DNA of 64,000 bases from Bradymonadia bacterium (lineage in GTDB: Bacteria > Myxococcota_A > Bradymonadia > UBA7976 > UBA1532), in the NCBI GenBank assembly GCA_046290225.1, contig JBKAGE010000070.1, positions 96,001 through 160,000 of the forward strand, in the 5' to 3' direction. Below, in pieces: positions 27,508 to 37,734 of the stretch (its first letter is position 1; each line of letters begins with the position of its first letter). The position numbers were made by a program, and so were the translations under genes. The notes beneath the pieces were generated by a model that saw nothing but the letters and a program-made list of their open reading frames with translations, searched no databases and had not been told where the DNA came from.

Positions 27508-28566
27508 ATGCGTCTTCAGCTCACCGCCCTCGTAACCTGCGCCCTTGCGTTGATCGCCTTGATCCTCGATGGGCCCCCCGATGCCCCGAGCCCTCATCAC
27601 CACGACATCGAGCGTGGAGAATCCGCCTCGACCACTGGTGTGGACCAGGCATCAATCCCCACGCGGACTGCCATCACCAAGATGCCAGCCCTGAGCGCCA
27701 TCGAGGCTCGGACCGCGGCCCCCGCACCTCGGCCCGTCGTCCACGGCGCAGTGGCCATGCGGGCTGCCCGGCGACGCTATGGCACCGCGAGCAGGCCTCT
27801 GGGCGCACAGGATCCGATCCTGCTGGAGAGCGAGCCCGAGCTGCAGCGGGCCACCCTCACCGAGAGCGGAGAGACGATCTTCTCCCAGGCGAGCAGCCGC
27901 ACACTTCGAGTGGGAGATCCCATCACGGTGGAAGCGTGGACGGCTGAAGGCGATACGCCGGTGGTGGCACGCATCGTGGCCCGTCGAGCAGGGCAGACCG
28001 TCGTGCTCGCCGAGAGCCGAGGGCTCGCCCGTGCAGATGCTGCCACGGCCCTCGAGCTGCCCACCGACGGTGTCGAGGCTGACGATCGGCTGTCGCTGAA
28101 GGTGCATTATGACGGCGAAGACAGTGAAAGCACCGCCCGCGCGCTTCACCCACTCGATCATGGCGCTGACGGCGTGCAGGCCACAGGGGAGGTGTTCGAC
28201 ACCCTCGCCGAAGGGCACCTGCGGCTGGGGGTGATGGTGCGCGCCGAGCAGCCGCGCACGGTGCACGTCGCCGCGACGCTCTACACGTCGTCAGGGGCGC
28301 CGGTGGCGTACGTGGAGCACCGCACGGGGATCCTTGCCGGCGTACACGAGATCCCCTTGCTGGTGGCCGGCACGGTGTTGTGTGACGCCAAGGTGCAGGG
28401 CCCCCTGGTGGTTCGCCATGTTCAGGTGACCGACGTCACCGACAGCCACCCACGCTTCGCCCCTCGGCTCGATCTCGCGTACACCACCGAGTCGTACGAT
28501 GCCGCAGGGTGGTCATGTGACGATGTGGCCGATCAGCCAGAGGCCTTCGCCCTCGGCGTTCAGTGA
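27508..28566 (+). CDS. secreted/anchored hypothetical protein with Ig-like C-terminal domain (DUF4785-like), probable partner of the upstream lipase
   Basis: N-terminal hydrophobic segment; GHLRLGVMV...ATLY...G.PVAY...AGVHEIPL..AG......GPL resembles that domain from recall. Confidence 0.55.
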   Translation: MRLQLTALVTCALALIALILDGPPDAPSPHHHDIERGESASTTGVDQASIPTRTAITKMPALSAIEARTAAPAPRPVVHGAVAMRAARRRYGTASRPLGAQDPILLESEPELQRATLTESGETIFSQASSRTLRVGDPITVEAWTAEGDTPVVARIVARRAGQTVVLAESRGLARADAATALELPTDGVEADDRLSLKVHYDGEDSESTARALHPLDHGADGVQATGEVFDTLAEGHLRLGVMVRAEQPRTVHVAATLYTSSGAPVAYVEHRTGILAGVHEIPLLVAGTVLCDAKVQGPLVVRHVQVTDVTDSHPRFAPRLDLAYTTESYDAAGWSCDDVADQPEAFALGVQ

Positions 28567-28579
28567 CTCGGAGAGTGCA

Positions 28580-29392
28580 TCAGCGCGCTTCTTCGAGCAG
28601 ATCTCGAATCGCCTGCCAGTACTCTGTGTTGAGCGGGCAATCTCCATGCTTGCACGTGCGGGCCATCAGCCGCCCCTGGGGGGCCATCTCCGCCAGACGC
28701 TCACCGTGTGAGAACGGCACCACGTTGTCGTCACGGCCGTGGATCACCAGCACCGGCACATCGAGGGTGGACACGACCTCTCTGCTGCGGAACTGATCCT
28801 TCACCAGAAACCCTGGGATGCCATAACGCCACGTCAGCTGGTCGATGCCGGTGTACGTCGACTGCAGCACCAGCGCCTTCGGGGGCCGATGGCGGGCCAG
28901 GGCCACCACAGCGCCTCCGCCCATGGAGAAGCCGTGATAGTGCACCCGGGCGGCGTCTACCTCGGGCCGCTTCACCGCCGCGTCGAGGAACCAGACGAAG
29001 TCTTCGGTGATGGCAGGCTCCGAGGGGCTGCCTGCAGAGCGGCCATACCCTCTGAACTCCGGCATCAACACGCTGATGCCCATACGCGTGTAGGTCCGCA
29101 GGGCCGGCCACCAGCCATCGATGAGATCGCCGTTGCCGTGACCGAAGACCACCAGGGGCCCTGGCCGCTCGGCGGTGCAGCCCTCACCAGGGATGAACCA
29201 CGCCTCCACGGGGCCCTGGGGGCTCTCTCGCCACAATGACTCGACCCCTGCTGGGGCCTGAAGCAGCGGCTGCGCCGTCCAGCGCCGTGGGAACAGGACC
29301 TCTCTCTGAAAGACATAGGCCAGCGTCAGGCCCAACACATAGAGACCCAACAACACCAACGCGATCTTGAACACCCGTCGTCTCGTCATCAC
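28580..29392 (-). CDS. alpha/beta hydrolase (ABHD13/17, BEM46-like)
   Basis: N-terminal TM; HGNG, EFRGYGRSAGSPSE, GFSMGG, IHGRDDNVVP, terminal H. Confidence 0.88.
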   Translation of the reverse strand: MMTRRRVFKIALVLLGLYVLGLTLAYVFQREVLFPRRWTAQPLLQAPAGVESLWRESPQGPVEAWFIPGEGCTAERPGPLVVFGHGNGDLIDGWWPALRTYTRMGISVLMPEFRGYGRSAGSPSEPAITEDFVWFLDAAVKRPEVDAARVHYHGFSMGGGAVVALARHRPPKALVLQSTYTGIDQLTWRYGIPGFLVKDQFRSREVVSTLDVPVLVIHGRDDNVVPFSHGERLAEMAPQGRLMARTCKHGDCPLNTEYWQAIRDLLEEAR

Positions 29393-29492
29393 TTACTCTG
29401 GCGCATCGCCATTCTTGTAACCACCACCCCATCTGTCACACACTCCGCACGTTTGTCATACAACATGGCTCTGACACCAGGAGGAACAGGAT

Positions 29493-31703
29493 ATGAGGTG
29501 GTGGCTCGCTGCGGCGCTGATCGGTCTGCCGATGTGGGGGTGCGATGACGACGGTGGTGACGGCACCACTGCAGGCGCTGGTGGTGAAGCGGGCATGGGT
29601 GGTGCCGGCGGCGTGGCCGGCGCTGGCGGTATGGGTGGCGAAGCGGGCATGGGCGGCGAAGCGGGTATGGGCGGTGCCGGCGGCATGGCCGGTGCCGGCG
29701 GCATGGGCGGCTCCGGCCGTAACCTCGACGTGGCGCCGCCACCTGCAGACTGCGACGCCCTCGATCCCGACACCTGCGCCTTCCCTTGGCCCTCGAACCT
29801 CTACCTCGTCGAGGACGACACTCGAGGCAGTGGCTATGTGCTCAGCTTCGGAGAGACCTCTCTGCCGGCGAACCGGATGGGCGTGCACATCGGCCCCGGG
29901 CCCTTCCACCGCATGGACGGCTACCCTCTGAGCAGCCAGATCCTGGTGCGGTTCCCCAACGTCGACCACAGCATGATGGCCAAGAAGGGCAACATCGCCG
30001 ACTCCACCGCCGTGGATGCTCAGATCATGCTCTTCGAGGTCACCGACGAGGGCCTCAAGCGGCAGCCCTACTTCGTGGAGCCCGACGCCCGGGTGCCCGA
30101 AGGCGAAGCTGACAGCCCCGTGCTCTTCATCCGCCCGGCGGTGCACCTTCGGGAGAACACCCGCTACATCGTGGCGATCCAGGGCCTCACCGACACCGAC
30201 GGTACGCTGATCCCCCGCAGCCCCGCCTTCGACGCCCTGCTCAGCGGCAACACAGACGATGACGCCGTGCTCCAAGCCCGGCAGCCCCGCTTCGACGAGA
30301 TCTTCGGTCAGCTCGAGGGTGAGGGGATCGATCTCATGGGCCTCACCCTCGCCTGGGACTTCCACACGGCGAGCACAGATGGCCTGCACAGCTACATGCT
30401 GCACATGCGGAACGAAGCCTACGAGACCGTCGGCGCCGAGGGCCCCGAGCTGCGGGTCGAGTCCGTGGAAGAGGTCATGACCGACGATGTCGGCAGCGAT
30501 CGACCCGGTGACGCGCTGCGGGTGACCTACATCAAGGGCAAGTTCACCATCCCCAACTATCTGTTCTCCGAGGTGGACGAGTTCGGGATCCCCGGCTTCA
30601 CCCTGAACCTGGGCCCTGACGGGATGCCCGAGCAGATGGGCACCCGAGAGGCCGACTTCTGGCTCGCGATCCCCGAGGGGGCCTTCGGCGGCGAGCCGCA
30701 CAGCCTCGTGCAATACGGTCACGGCCTCTTCGGATCCGGCGAGGAGGTGCTCTACTCCAGCTGGACCCGCTTGTGTGGGCGCTTCGACGACCGCCCCTGT
30801 GGCTGGTTCAACATGCGGGCCGCCCGCGATCACAACCTCATCTACTTCGGCGCTGATCTCACCGGCATGGCCGAGGTGGATCGCGACGAGCGCGCTCTGG
30901 CCCTGCTGGCCGATCTCAACAAATTCCCCTGGATCGCGGATCGGCTGCACCAGGGGCTGATGGAGTGGCTGCTGCTCACGCGCTCGATGAAGGCCCAGTT
31001 CCAGAGCCTCGAGGGCGTCGCCGACGCAGGCATCACCCTCACCGACGACATCTACTACTCCGGCATCAGCCAGGGGGGCATCTTCGGCGGCGCCTTCGTG
31101 GCCCTGAGCCCGGAGATCACCCGGGCGCACCTCGGCGTGCCCGGGGTGGGCTACAATCGCTTCCTCGAGCGGTCCACGGGCTTCAGTGAGTTCTTCGTGG
31201 GGCTGGCCAACTTCTACCCTGAGCGCGTCGATCAGACGATCCTGCTCGAGGTGATCCAGGCCCTGTGGGACGGCACGGAGAACTCCGGCTACATGTGGCG
31301 CCTCAACCACAGCCCCTTCGAGGGCCAGGCGGCCACTCATATCCTCGCCGCCCCCACTAAGGGCGACTACCTCGTGCCCCCCGTGAGCTACGAGACCGTG
31401 GGGCGCACCTGTGATCTGGGCATCGGCTTCATGACCCCCTACGACGCTGAGCGCACCCCGGCCTTCGCCTGTGAGCAGAGCTACCCCCACACCGGCTCGG
31501 GCATCGTGCATTGGGATCTGGGCAACCCCTGGGCCACCGAGGGCAACATGCCTCCTCCGGAGCATCCCCTCGGGGACCCCCACGAGGACGTGCGTCAGCT
31601 CAACGCCCACCAACAGCAGATGGCCGACTTCTGGCGCACCGGCGACATCACCGATGTGTGCGAGGGCGGCCCGTGTCAGGTGATCCCCGGGGGGAGTGAC
31701 TGA
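29493..31703 (+). CDS. lipoprotein with Gly/Met linker and alpha/beta-hydrolase-like domain
   Basis: Lipobox MWGC-DDD; GGEAGMGG repeats; CAFPWPSNLY, YGHGLFGS, GISQGG nucleophile elbow, GDYLVP, DPHE. Confidence 0.8.
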   Translation: MRWWLAAALIGLPMWGCDDDGGDGTTAGAGGEAGMGGAGGVAGAGGMGGEAGMGGEAGMGGAGGMAGAGGMGGSGRNLDVAPPPADCDALDPDTCAFPWPSNLYLVEDDTRGSGYVLSFGETSLPANRMGVHIGPGPFHRMDGYPLSSQILVRFPNVDHSMMAKKGNIADSTAVDAQIMLFEVTDEGLKRQPYFVEPDARVPEGEADSPVLFIRPAVHLRENTRYIVAIQGLTDTDGTLIPRSPAFDALLSGNTDDDAVLQARQPRFDEIFGQLEGEGIDLMGLTLAWDFHTASTDGLHSYMLHMRNEAYETVGAEGPELRVESVEEVMTDDVGSDRPGDALRVTYIKGKFTIPNYLFSEVDEFGIPGFTLNLGPDGMPEQMGTREADFWLAIPEGAFGGEPHSLVQYGHGLFGSGEEVLYSSWTRLCGRFDDRPCGWFNMRAARDHNLIYFGADLTGMAEVDRDERALALLADLNKFPWIADRLHQGLMEWLLLTRSMKAQFQSLEGVADAGITLTDDIYYSGISQGGIFGGAFVALSPEITRAHLGVPGVGYNRFLERSTGFSEFFVGLANFYPERVDQTILLEVIQALWDGTENSGYMWRLNHSPFEGQAATHILAAPTKGDYLVPPVSYETVGRTCDLGIGFMTPYDAERTPAFACEQSYPHTGSGIVHWDLGNPWATEGNMPPPEHPLGDPHEDVRQLNAHQQQMADFWRTGDITDVCEGGPCQVIPGGSD

Positions 31704-32203
31704 TGCGCGCCTTCATCCTCGCCATCGTGGCCCTGCTCTTGCCCAGCGTCGCCTCTGCAGAGAACGAGCGGCCCACCTGGACGCTGCAGGTAGATCCGCT
31801 CACCACGGTCATCGGGCTGGTGCACCTGCAGGTCGAAGGCACGATCAACGATCACTGGTCCATCTATGCCGGGCCCAGCCTGCGGTTCTTCGACAGCCCC
31901 CTCACCGATGATCCCGCCCCGGACGGCTTTGGCCTCGAGGCGGGCGTGCGCTACTACTTCTCCGGCACTGCGCCGGAGGGTTGGTGGGGCTTGATCCGCG
32001 GCGTCGCGGCCCAAGCCTCTGAAGGCGACGACTCGAACTTCGCCGGCTATGTGAGCGGCCTCGGCGGCTACACCGCCATCTTCGACGGCTGGTTCGTGCT
32101 CTCCGGCGGCCTGGGCGTGCAATACATCAGCTACAAGGTCGGTGACGTGGGCACCCGCGGGGTGTTGCCGGCGGCCCACACCACCCTCGGGGTGGCTTTC
32201 TGA
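31703..32203 (+). CDS. small outer-membrane beta-barrel protein (DUF3575-like)
   Basis: Signal peptide ASA; GVRYYF, LSGGLGVQY, C-terminal LGVAF; TGATG coupling at both ends. Confidence 0.7.
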   Translation: MRAFILAIVALLLPSVASAENERPTWTLQVDPLTTVIGLVHLQVEGTINDHWSIYAGPSLRFFDSPLTDDPAPDGFGLEAGVRYYFSGTAPEGWWGLIRGVAAQASEGDDSNFAGYVSGLGGYTAIFDGWFVLSGGLGVQYISYKVGDVGTRGVLPAAHTTLGVAF

Positions 32204-32892
32204 TGCTGACCCTGTGCCTGGTCCGTCATGGTCAGACCCATCAGAACAAGAGCAAGATCATCCAAGGGCAACACCCACGCTTCGGGCGCCTCACCCCTCT
32301 GGGAATGGATCAGGCTCGGGCGGCGGGCCGCGCCCTCGTAGATGACTTCGACTTCGATCACATCCTCTGCTCCCCACTGGAGCGGGCCGTGATCACCCTG
32401 TCTCTCATGCTCTGTGAGCGCCCTGGCGTCGACACGCGCCCCATCCGGTTCGAAGACCAGCTCAAAGAGATCGACATGGGCGAACTCAGCGGCCAGCCCT
32501 CGGCGGCGTGGTGGTCTGCCGCGGAGCAGGCGGACCACCCCATGGACTTTCGGCCGCCAGGGGGTGAGTCGTGGCACGATGTGCAACAACGTGTGGCCCA
32601 GTTCTTCGAAGAGCAGATCAAACCTCTGAGTGGTCGAGCCCTCCTGGTGGCCCACGGCGGCGTGATCCGCGGGCTGCTCGCCCACTTCACCGGGTTGCCC
32701 ATGGCATGGGGCGGCAAAGGCGACGGTATCAGTCAGCGCAACGCGTGCATCAACACCGCAGTCTTCAATGATGACGGTCAGTTGATCTCGCTCACCGTCG
32801 ACGACACAGCCCATCTCAAGGGCCTGGGCCTGCCCGTCGACGCCGGCCGGCGCTGGGATCTCGAGACCCGAAGCTTCACGCCCCTGGGGTGA
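32203..32892 (+). CDS. histidine phosphatase family protein
   Basis: LVRHGQT, SPLERA, LKEIDMG, PPGGES, LVAHGGVI. Confidence 0.92.
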   Translation: MLTLCLVRHGQTHQNKSKIIQGQHPRFGRLTPLGMDQARAAGRALVDDFDFDHILCSPLERAVITLSLMLCERPGVDTRPIRFEDQLKEIDMGELSGQPSAAWWSAAEQADHPMDFRPPGGESWHDVQQRVAQFFEEQIKPLSGRALLVAHGGVIRGLLAHFTGLPMAWGGKGDGISQRNACINTAVFNDDGQLISLTVDDTAHLKGLGLPVDAGRRWDLETRSFTPLG

Positions 32893-32898
32893 TCGACC

Positions 32899-33555
32899 AT
32901 GTACATCGACTTCCTCGGCCACGCCTGCTTTCTGCTCACCGACGCCCGGGGGGTGCGCATCATGCTCGACCCCTACGAGTCCGGCGGGTTCTCTGGCCGT
33001 GTAGGGTACGCCCCCATCGACGAAGCGCCTGATGTGGTGATCCTCACCCACGACCACGCAGATCACAGCCACACCGAGGGCTTGCCAGGCACTTTCGAGG
33101 TGTTGCGACACGCAGGCACCGCCCGTGGAATCACCACCCGAGAGGTGCCCGTGGCCCACGACATGTTCGAAGGGCGCCGTTTCGGCGGCTGGGTGGACAT
33201 GAAGATCTTCGAAGTGGACGGGCTCACCGTGGCCCACTGCGGTGACATCGGCGAGCTCGTCGAGGACGACGCCCGGCGAGATCTCATCGGGGCCCTCGAC
33301 GTGCTCATCGTGCCCACGGGCGGTTTCTACACCCTGGGCCCTGACGGTGCCGCAGCGCTCACGCGACGCCTGAAGCCCCGCGTGGTCATCCCCTGCCACT
33401 ACAAGACGAGCCGTTGCGGATTCGACATTGCCCCCGTCGATCCCTTCCTCACCCACTTCGAGCACGTGATCCGCTCAGAGGACTCTACCTGGACGCTCAC
33501 ACCGGACACGCTGCCTTCGGAGACGACCTGCCTGGTGCTGAAAATGCGGTTCTGA
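32899..33555 (+). CDS. MBL-fold metallo-hydrolase (Lactamase_B_3-like)
   Basis: LGHACF, DPY, THDHADH, HCGD, IPCHY. Confidence 0.9.
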   Translation: MYIDFLGHACFLLTDARGVRIMLDPYESGGFSGRVGYAPIDEAPDVVILTHDHADHSHTEGLPGTFEVLRHAGTARGITTREVPVAHDMFEGRRFGGWVDMKIFEVDGLTVAHCGDIGELVEDDARRDLIGALDVLIVPTGGFYTLGPDGAAALTRRLKPRVVIPCHYKTSRCGFDIAPVDPFLTHFEHVIRSEDSTWTLTPDTLPSETTCLVLKMRF

Positions 33556-33635
33556 CCCCTTGAACCAACATCAAATACTTCTACACCCTCCGTACGACCC
33601 ACCTCTCCTGCCCTCCTAAGCATACGAAATCATAG

Positions 33636-33662
33636 GCAGAACATTTTTTTCTGCTTTTTTTT
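33636..33662 (+). terminator. intrinsic terminator after the four-gene operon
   Basis: GCAGAA-CATTTTT-TTCTGC stem followed by an 8-T run (33655-33662). Confidence 0.55.
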
Positions 33663-33788
33663 CGACCCCATCCCACGCAGAACATTAAGAACCAAAAAGA
33701 AGATACCGAAACATTAATCAGCAGCGACGCACAGAAGAAAACGAAGACAAGCAACAACAACCACCGCGTCGCCAAAGAGGTATCCACC

Positions 33789-34049
33789 ATGTGCCACGTC
33801 AAGCTCTCACTTTCCGCCCTGGCTCTGGCCCTCGCGCTCCCCTGGACCGCCGCCGCTGAGATCGGCGGGGAGGATGTTGACGAGGCCATGAACCCCTACA
33901 TGGCCGCCCTTGACGCCGAGGCCGGCCCCAAAGTGGAGGTCACCGCTCGACCCGACCTGAAATGGAACTCGCTCGTGGAGAAGGAATCCCACCTCCCCAT
34001 GGGCCTGCAGCTCGACCCAGAAACCCGCCGTATGGAGGAATCTGAATGA
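33789..34049 (+). CDS. small secreted acidic hypothetical protein (86 aa)
   Basis: SD GAGG; signal peptide ending AAA; GC3-biased codons; followed by a hairpin. Confidence 0.7.
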   Translation: MCHVKLSLSALALALALPWTAAAEIGGEDVDEAMNPYMAALDAEAGPKVEVTARPDLKWNSLVEKESHLPMGLQLDPETRRMEESE

Positions 34050-34053
34050 TGTG

Positions 34054-34094
34054 AGCCCCGACACCGAGGGGCGCTCGCTTCTCGGTGTCTGGCT
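34054..34094. terminator. hairpin downstream of the small secreted protein
   Basis: GACACCGAG...CTCGGTGTC inverted repeat with flanking AGCC/GGCT. Confidence 0.45.
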
Positions 34095-34241
34095 GGTCCG
34101 TCCCTGTGGCCGCTCGCCACTCCGACTTCCCCCTGCAACGCTATGGCTTCAGGGGCGGACCGGCCGCACCTTTTGGTCAACGTACCGCCGCCGTGCTGCG
34201 GTGCCTTGACCAATGGGTGTGGCCTCTTCGACAATCCCCCC

Positions 34242-35006
34242 ATGCGAACACTCCCCCTTTGCATTGCCCTGTCGTGTGTCGCGCTCTTCGGCTGTGAGCG
34301 CGATGACGAGATCTGTGGTGCCCGCCCTGTCTCCGGCTCTCCTCCTGGTCCATTGCTGCCGGGGCCCTGCGAGGTCTTCTACGACGTCGACGGCGACTCG
34401 GAGATCGACAACCGCGAGGTGTACCGGTACGACGCCCTCGATCAAGAGATCGAGCGCTACACGTATTACGACGGCCCTCAATGCAACAGCGCCGTGCTCC
34501 ATCTCAACGAATACGAAGACGGCCGACAGGTTCGACAGCGCCGCGATGCACAGGTCGATGGTTTGCTCGAGTCGACCACCGATTACGCCTATGACGAAGA
34601 CGGGCGCCTCGTGGAGCGGCTCGAGACCACCCAAGATGCCGACGGCACCACCCGCACCCTCTCCCGGGCGAGCCTGACCTATGACGACGAGGGCCGCCTC
34701 GAATCGGAGAGCCTCTTCCGAGGCATCGACAACGCGCGCATTCAGCGATCTCGCTTCACATATGACGAAGAGGGTCGCCTGATCTCCGAGGTGAAGGACG
34801 GCGCGATCAACGCCAGCGAGACCCTGGTGTACGACGACGCAGAGCGCGTGGCCCGACGAGAAGTCGACACGGACGGTGACGGCACGGCCGATCGGCACAT
34901 AGACTACATATACGACGGCGCGGGGAATCCGGTGAGTGCCACCACCCGTTCTGTAGACTCGGGGCAACGCTTGGAGGAGATCACCTACGATTATGGCTGC
35001 TGGTGA
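34242..35006 (+). CDS. short RHS/YD-repeat lipoprotein
   Basis: Lipobox LFGC; repeats YDEDGRLV, YDDEGRLE, YDEEGRLI, YDGAGNP; DxDGD motifs. Confidence 0.75.
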   Translation: MRTLPLCIALSCVALFGCERDDEICGARPVSGSPPGPLLPGPCEVFYDVDGDSEIDNREVYRYDALDQEIERYTYYDGPQCNSAVLHLNEYEDGRQVRQRRDAQVDGLLESTTDYAYDEDGRLVERLETTQDADGTTRTLSRASLTYDDEGRLESESLFRGIDNARIQRSRFTYDEEGRLISEVKDGAINASETLVYDDAERVARREVDTDGDGTADRHIDYIYDGAGNPVSATTRSVDSGQRLEEITYDYGCW

Positions 35007-35979
35007 TCGAAGTCGCAGGGGCGGCGCACATTCGAATCGCTCGCGTAGACACCCGCCACGGGCTCGATGGCCTTTCTTCTGGGCAGGCGTCGCCGTGCTT
35101 TCGGCAGGGTTGATCTGGTGGCTCACCTCAGAGCCAGATCCACACGATCAATATGATGCTCGCCTCGAGAAGGCCCTCGCTGATGTAGAGGCTCGACCGC
35201 GTAGCCCTCGGGCCTGGATGCGCCTCGGCGAGATCTACATGAGCCGCTCGGCGGGGGCCGACGCTGAAGCGGCCTTCCAGCGGGCCTTGTCTCTCGATCC
35301 GGAAAACGCCGGCCTCAACGCTCGCGTGGGTTTTCTCTACTACGAACGCGGCGCGGACGATCTGGCCCGGGTGTATCTGGGCCGGGCCCACCGACTCGAC
35401 GCTGACGAAGAGGGCGTCGCCTGGACGCTCAAGATCCTCGACGATCAAGCGGAGCCCGAGCCACCTCCGCCAGCGCCTCCCCAACCAAAGCCGCCCACTG
35501 AGCCCCCGGAGACTCAACCACCTGCAGATCCAGAGCCTGAGCCTGATCTTGAGCCAGACGCCGAGGCCCCACCACCGCCCGACGATACGCCGAGCGATAC
35601 CTGCACCCTGCCGCTCTCCGGCGGCAATGGCAGGCCTCTGAGCCTGGAGGTGGCCATCGAAGGCGCGCCGGTGGAGTTCCTCCTCGACACGGGGGCCACC
35701 CTCACGGTGATCACCGCCGAGCTCGCAGATCGCCTGTCTCTACCTCTGGATCGGGATCGCATCATCCGTGCGAGCACCGCCAACGGCATTGCCGAGATGC
35801 GGGTGGCCCTCATCGACGAGATCACCCTCGGCGAGGTGAGTCTCACCGACGTGAGCGTTGCGGTCTGCGAGGACTGTATGCACGGCCTCGGCGAGGGGCT
35901 CTTCGGCCTCGATCTGCAAGAAGCCTTCGAGGTGGATCTCGATCTGGGCGCCCGCCAGATTCACTACCCCTGCGAATGA
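34993..35979 (+). CDS. membrane-anchored TPR + retropepsin-like aspartyl protease
   Basis: TM helix; TPRs (AWMRLGEIY, FQRALSLDPEN); Pro-rich linker; FLLDTGATLT, TANG, GLFGLD. Confidence 0.85.
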   Translation: MAAGDRSRRGGAHSNRSRRHPPRARWPFFWAGVAVLSAGLIWWLTSEPDPHDQYDARLEKALADVEARPRSPRAWMRLGEIYMSRSAGADAEAAFQRALSLDPENAGLNARVGFLYYERGADDLARVYLGRAHRLDADEEGVAWTLKILDDQAEPEPPPPAPPQPKPPTEPPETQPPADPEPEPDLEPDAEAPPPPDDTPSDTCTLPLSGGNGRPLSLEVAIEGAPVEFLLDTGATLTVITAELADRLSLPLDRDRIIRASTANGIAEMRVALIDEITLGEVSLTDVSVAVCEDCMHGLGEGLFGLDLQEAFEVDLDLGARQIHYPCE

Positions 35980-35997
35980 CCGCGCTCCAGACTGGGC

Positions 35998-37734
35998 CTA
36001 AATATCGATGTTGAGGGCTTCGAGACGTCGGTAGAAGGTGGCGCGGCTGATGCCGAGCATGCGCGCAGCCTGAGTGCGGTTGCCACCGGCGCGGCGGATC
36101 GCCTCCAGGATCCGCTCCACTTCGCCCTCTGGAGTCCTGCTCTGCCCGTGCAGGTGCTCCTGCTCCAGCTCGGGGGGCAGGTGTTGAGGCTCGATGGGCC
36201 GGCCACGGCTCCGGATCATCGCATGCTCCATGGCGGCCTTGAGCTCTCTCACATTGCCAGGCCAGTGATGCTCCAGCAGCCTAGCAATGGTCCTCTGCGT
36301 CAGCGGAGGTACGGGGATCGCCGCCCGGGCGCCGAAGGCTTCGAGGAAGCTGTTGGCCAGCAATGGGACATCGTCTCTGCGCTCGCGCAAGGGCGGCAAC
36401 TGCAGCTGCATGATCCGAATACGATAGAGCAGATCGGCCCTGAATCGTCCGGCTTCGACCTCTTGAGAGAGATCTCGATGGGTGGCGGCGATGACCCTGA
36501 CGTTCACGGGCCGAGGTCGCGTCTCTCCCAACCGGGTGATCTCACGCTCTTGCAGCACCCTGAGTAGATTGGTCTGCACCTTCGGCGGGATGTCACCGAT
36601 CTCGTCGAGAAACAGCGTGCCCCCCTCGGCAGCCTCGAAGAGACCCTCGTGATCCTCGATGGCCCCGGTGAACGCCCCTCGACGATGGCCGAAGAGCTGG
36701 CTGGCCAGCAGGGAGTCCGTGAGCCCGGCGCAGTTCACTGGGATGAAGGGCTTGTCCTTTCGAGGGCTCGCCGCGTGAATCGCGTGGGCCACGAGCTCTT
36801 TGCCCGTGCCGGTCTCCCCTTCGATGAGCACGGTGATGTCGAACCGCGCCACGTCTCTGATCAGCTGAAACAGCTCGGTCATGACCGCGCTGCGCCCGAT
36901 CAGCGCGTGGAACTCGTGCCGATCTTCGAGTTGCCGCCTGAGGGCTTTGACCTCGGTGACATCATAGAAGAAGAGCATGCGACGGCTCGGATCCCGCGGA
37001 TCGTCCACCACGTCGAGATCGACCTGATACAACCCCCCGCGTACGCCCTTCACTTCGAGGCTCAGTCGCTCACGCACAGCGGCCGGTTGCTGGCTCGCCT
37101 CGACGATCTGCATCAGCATCTGGGGGGCGATGCCCGGCAGATTGCCCAGGGGCACCCCGAGCAGCACCTCTGACGAGGTCTCGAACAGGTGGGCAGCGGC
37201 CTCGCTCATGAAGGTCAACCTGCCGGTCTGATCGGCGAGGGCACACCCCACCGACAAGCGATTGAACAATGCCTGGAGATCCTCGTGGTTGCCCTCAAGG
37301 CGCGCATAGGCCTCGGCGAGGCGGGCTTCACTGTCTTTGAGCGCCTGAGCGGCCCGAGCCCGCTCGTGGGTGTACCTCAAGACCCGAGCGAGCCTGCGGC
37401 TGTCGAGGGCCTGTTTTTCGAGATAGTCCGTTGCCCCTGCATCGAGGGCGCGGATGTCGATGGCCTCTTCGGTGGAGGCCGTCAGCATGACCACGGGGAC
37501 CTGGCACCCGCGGGCCATGGCTGCGGTCAGCATCTCGAGGCCATCAGTGGGGCCGAGGCGAAAATCGAGCAGGCAGATGTCGTGTGTATTGCTGCACAGC
37601 ACTTCGAGCCCCTCATAGGGGTCGTGATACAAATCGAGAGTGCACGACATGCCCTCGACCCTGCTCAGGTGCCATTTGAGGATGCGGGCGTCATGGGGAT
37701 CATCATCGATGAGCAGAACACGCAACGAGATCAC
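35998..37734 (-). CDS. sigma54-dependent response regulator (REC-PAS-AAA+-Fis HTH)
   Basis: LLIDDD/CLLDFRL receiver; PAS-like segment; [49 protein letters not shown] start with GGAGG SD. Confidence 0.92.
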   Translation of the reverse strand: MISLRVLLIDDDPHDARILKWHLSRVEGMSCTLDLYHDPYEGLEVLCSNTHDICLLDFRLGPTDGLEMLTAAMARGCQVPVVMLTASTEEAIDIRALDAGATDYLEKQALDSRRLARVLRYTHERARAAQALKDSEARLAEAYARLEGNHEDLQALFNRLSVGCALADQTGRLTFMSEAAAHLFETSSEVLLGVPLGNLPGIAPQMLMQIVEASQQPAAVRERLSLEVKGVRGGLYQVDLDVVDDPRDPSRRMLFFYDVTEVKALRRQLEDRHEFHALIGRSAVMTELFQLIRDVARFDITVLIEGETGTGKELVAHAIHAASPRKDKPFIPVNCAGLTDSLLASQLFGHRRGAFTGAIEDHEGLFEAAEGGTLFLDEIGDIPPKVQTNLLRVLQEREITRLGETRPRPVNVRVIAATHRDLSQEVEAGRFRADLLYRIRIMQLQLPPLRERRDDVPLLANSFLEAFGARAAIPVPPLTQRTIARLLEHHWPGNVRELKAAMEHAMIRSRGRPIEPQHLPPELEQEHLHGQSRTPEGEVERILEAIRRAGGNRTQAARMLGISRATFYRRLEALNIDI

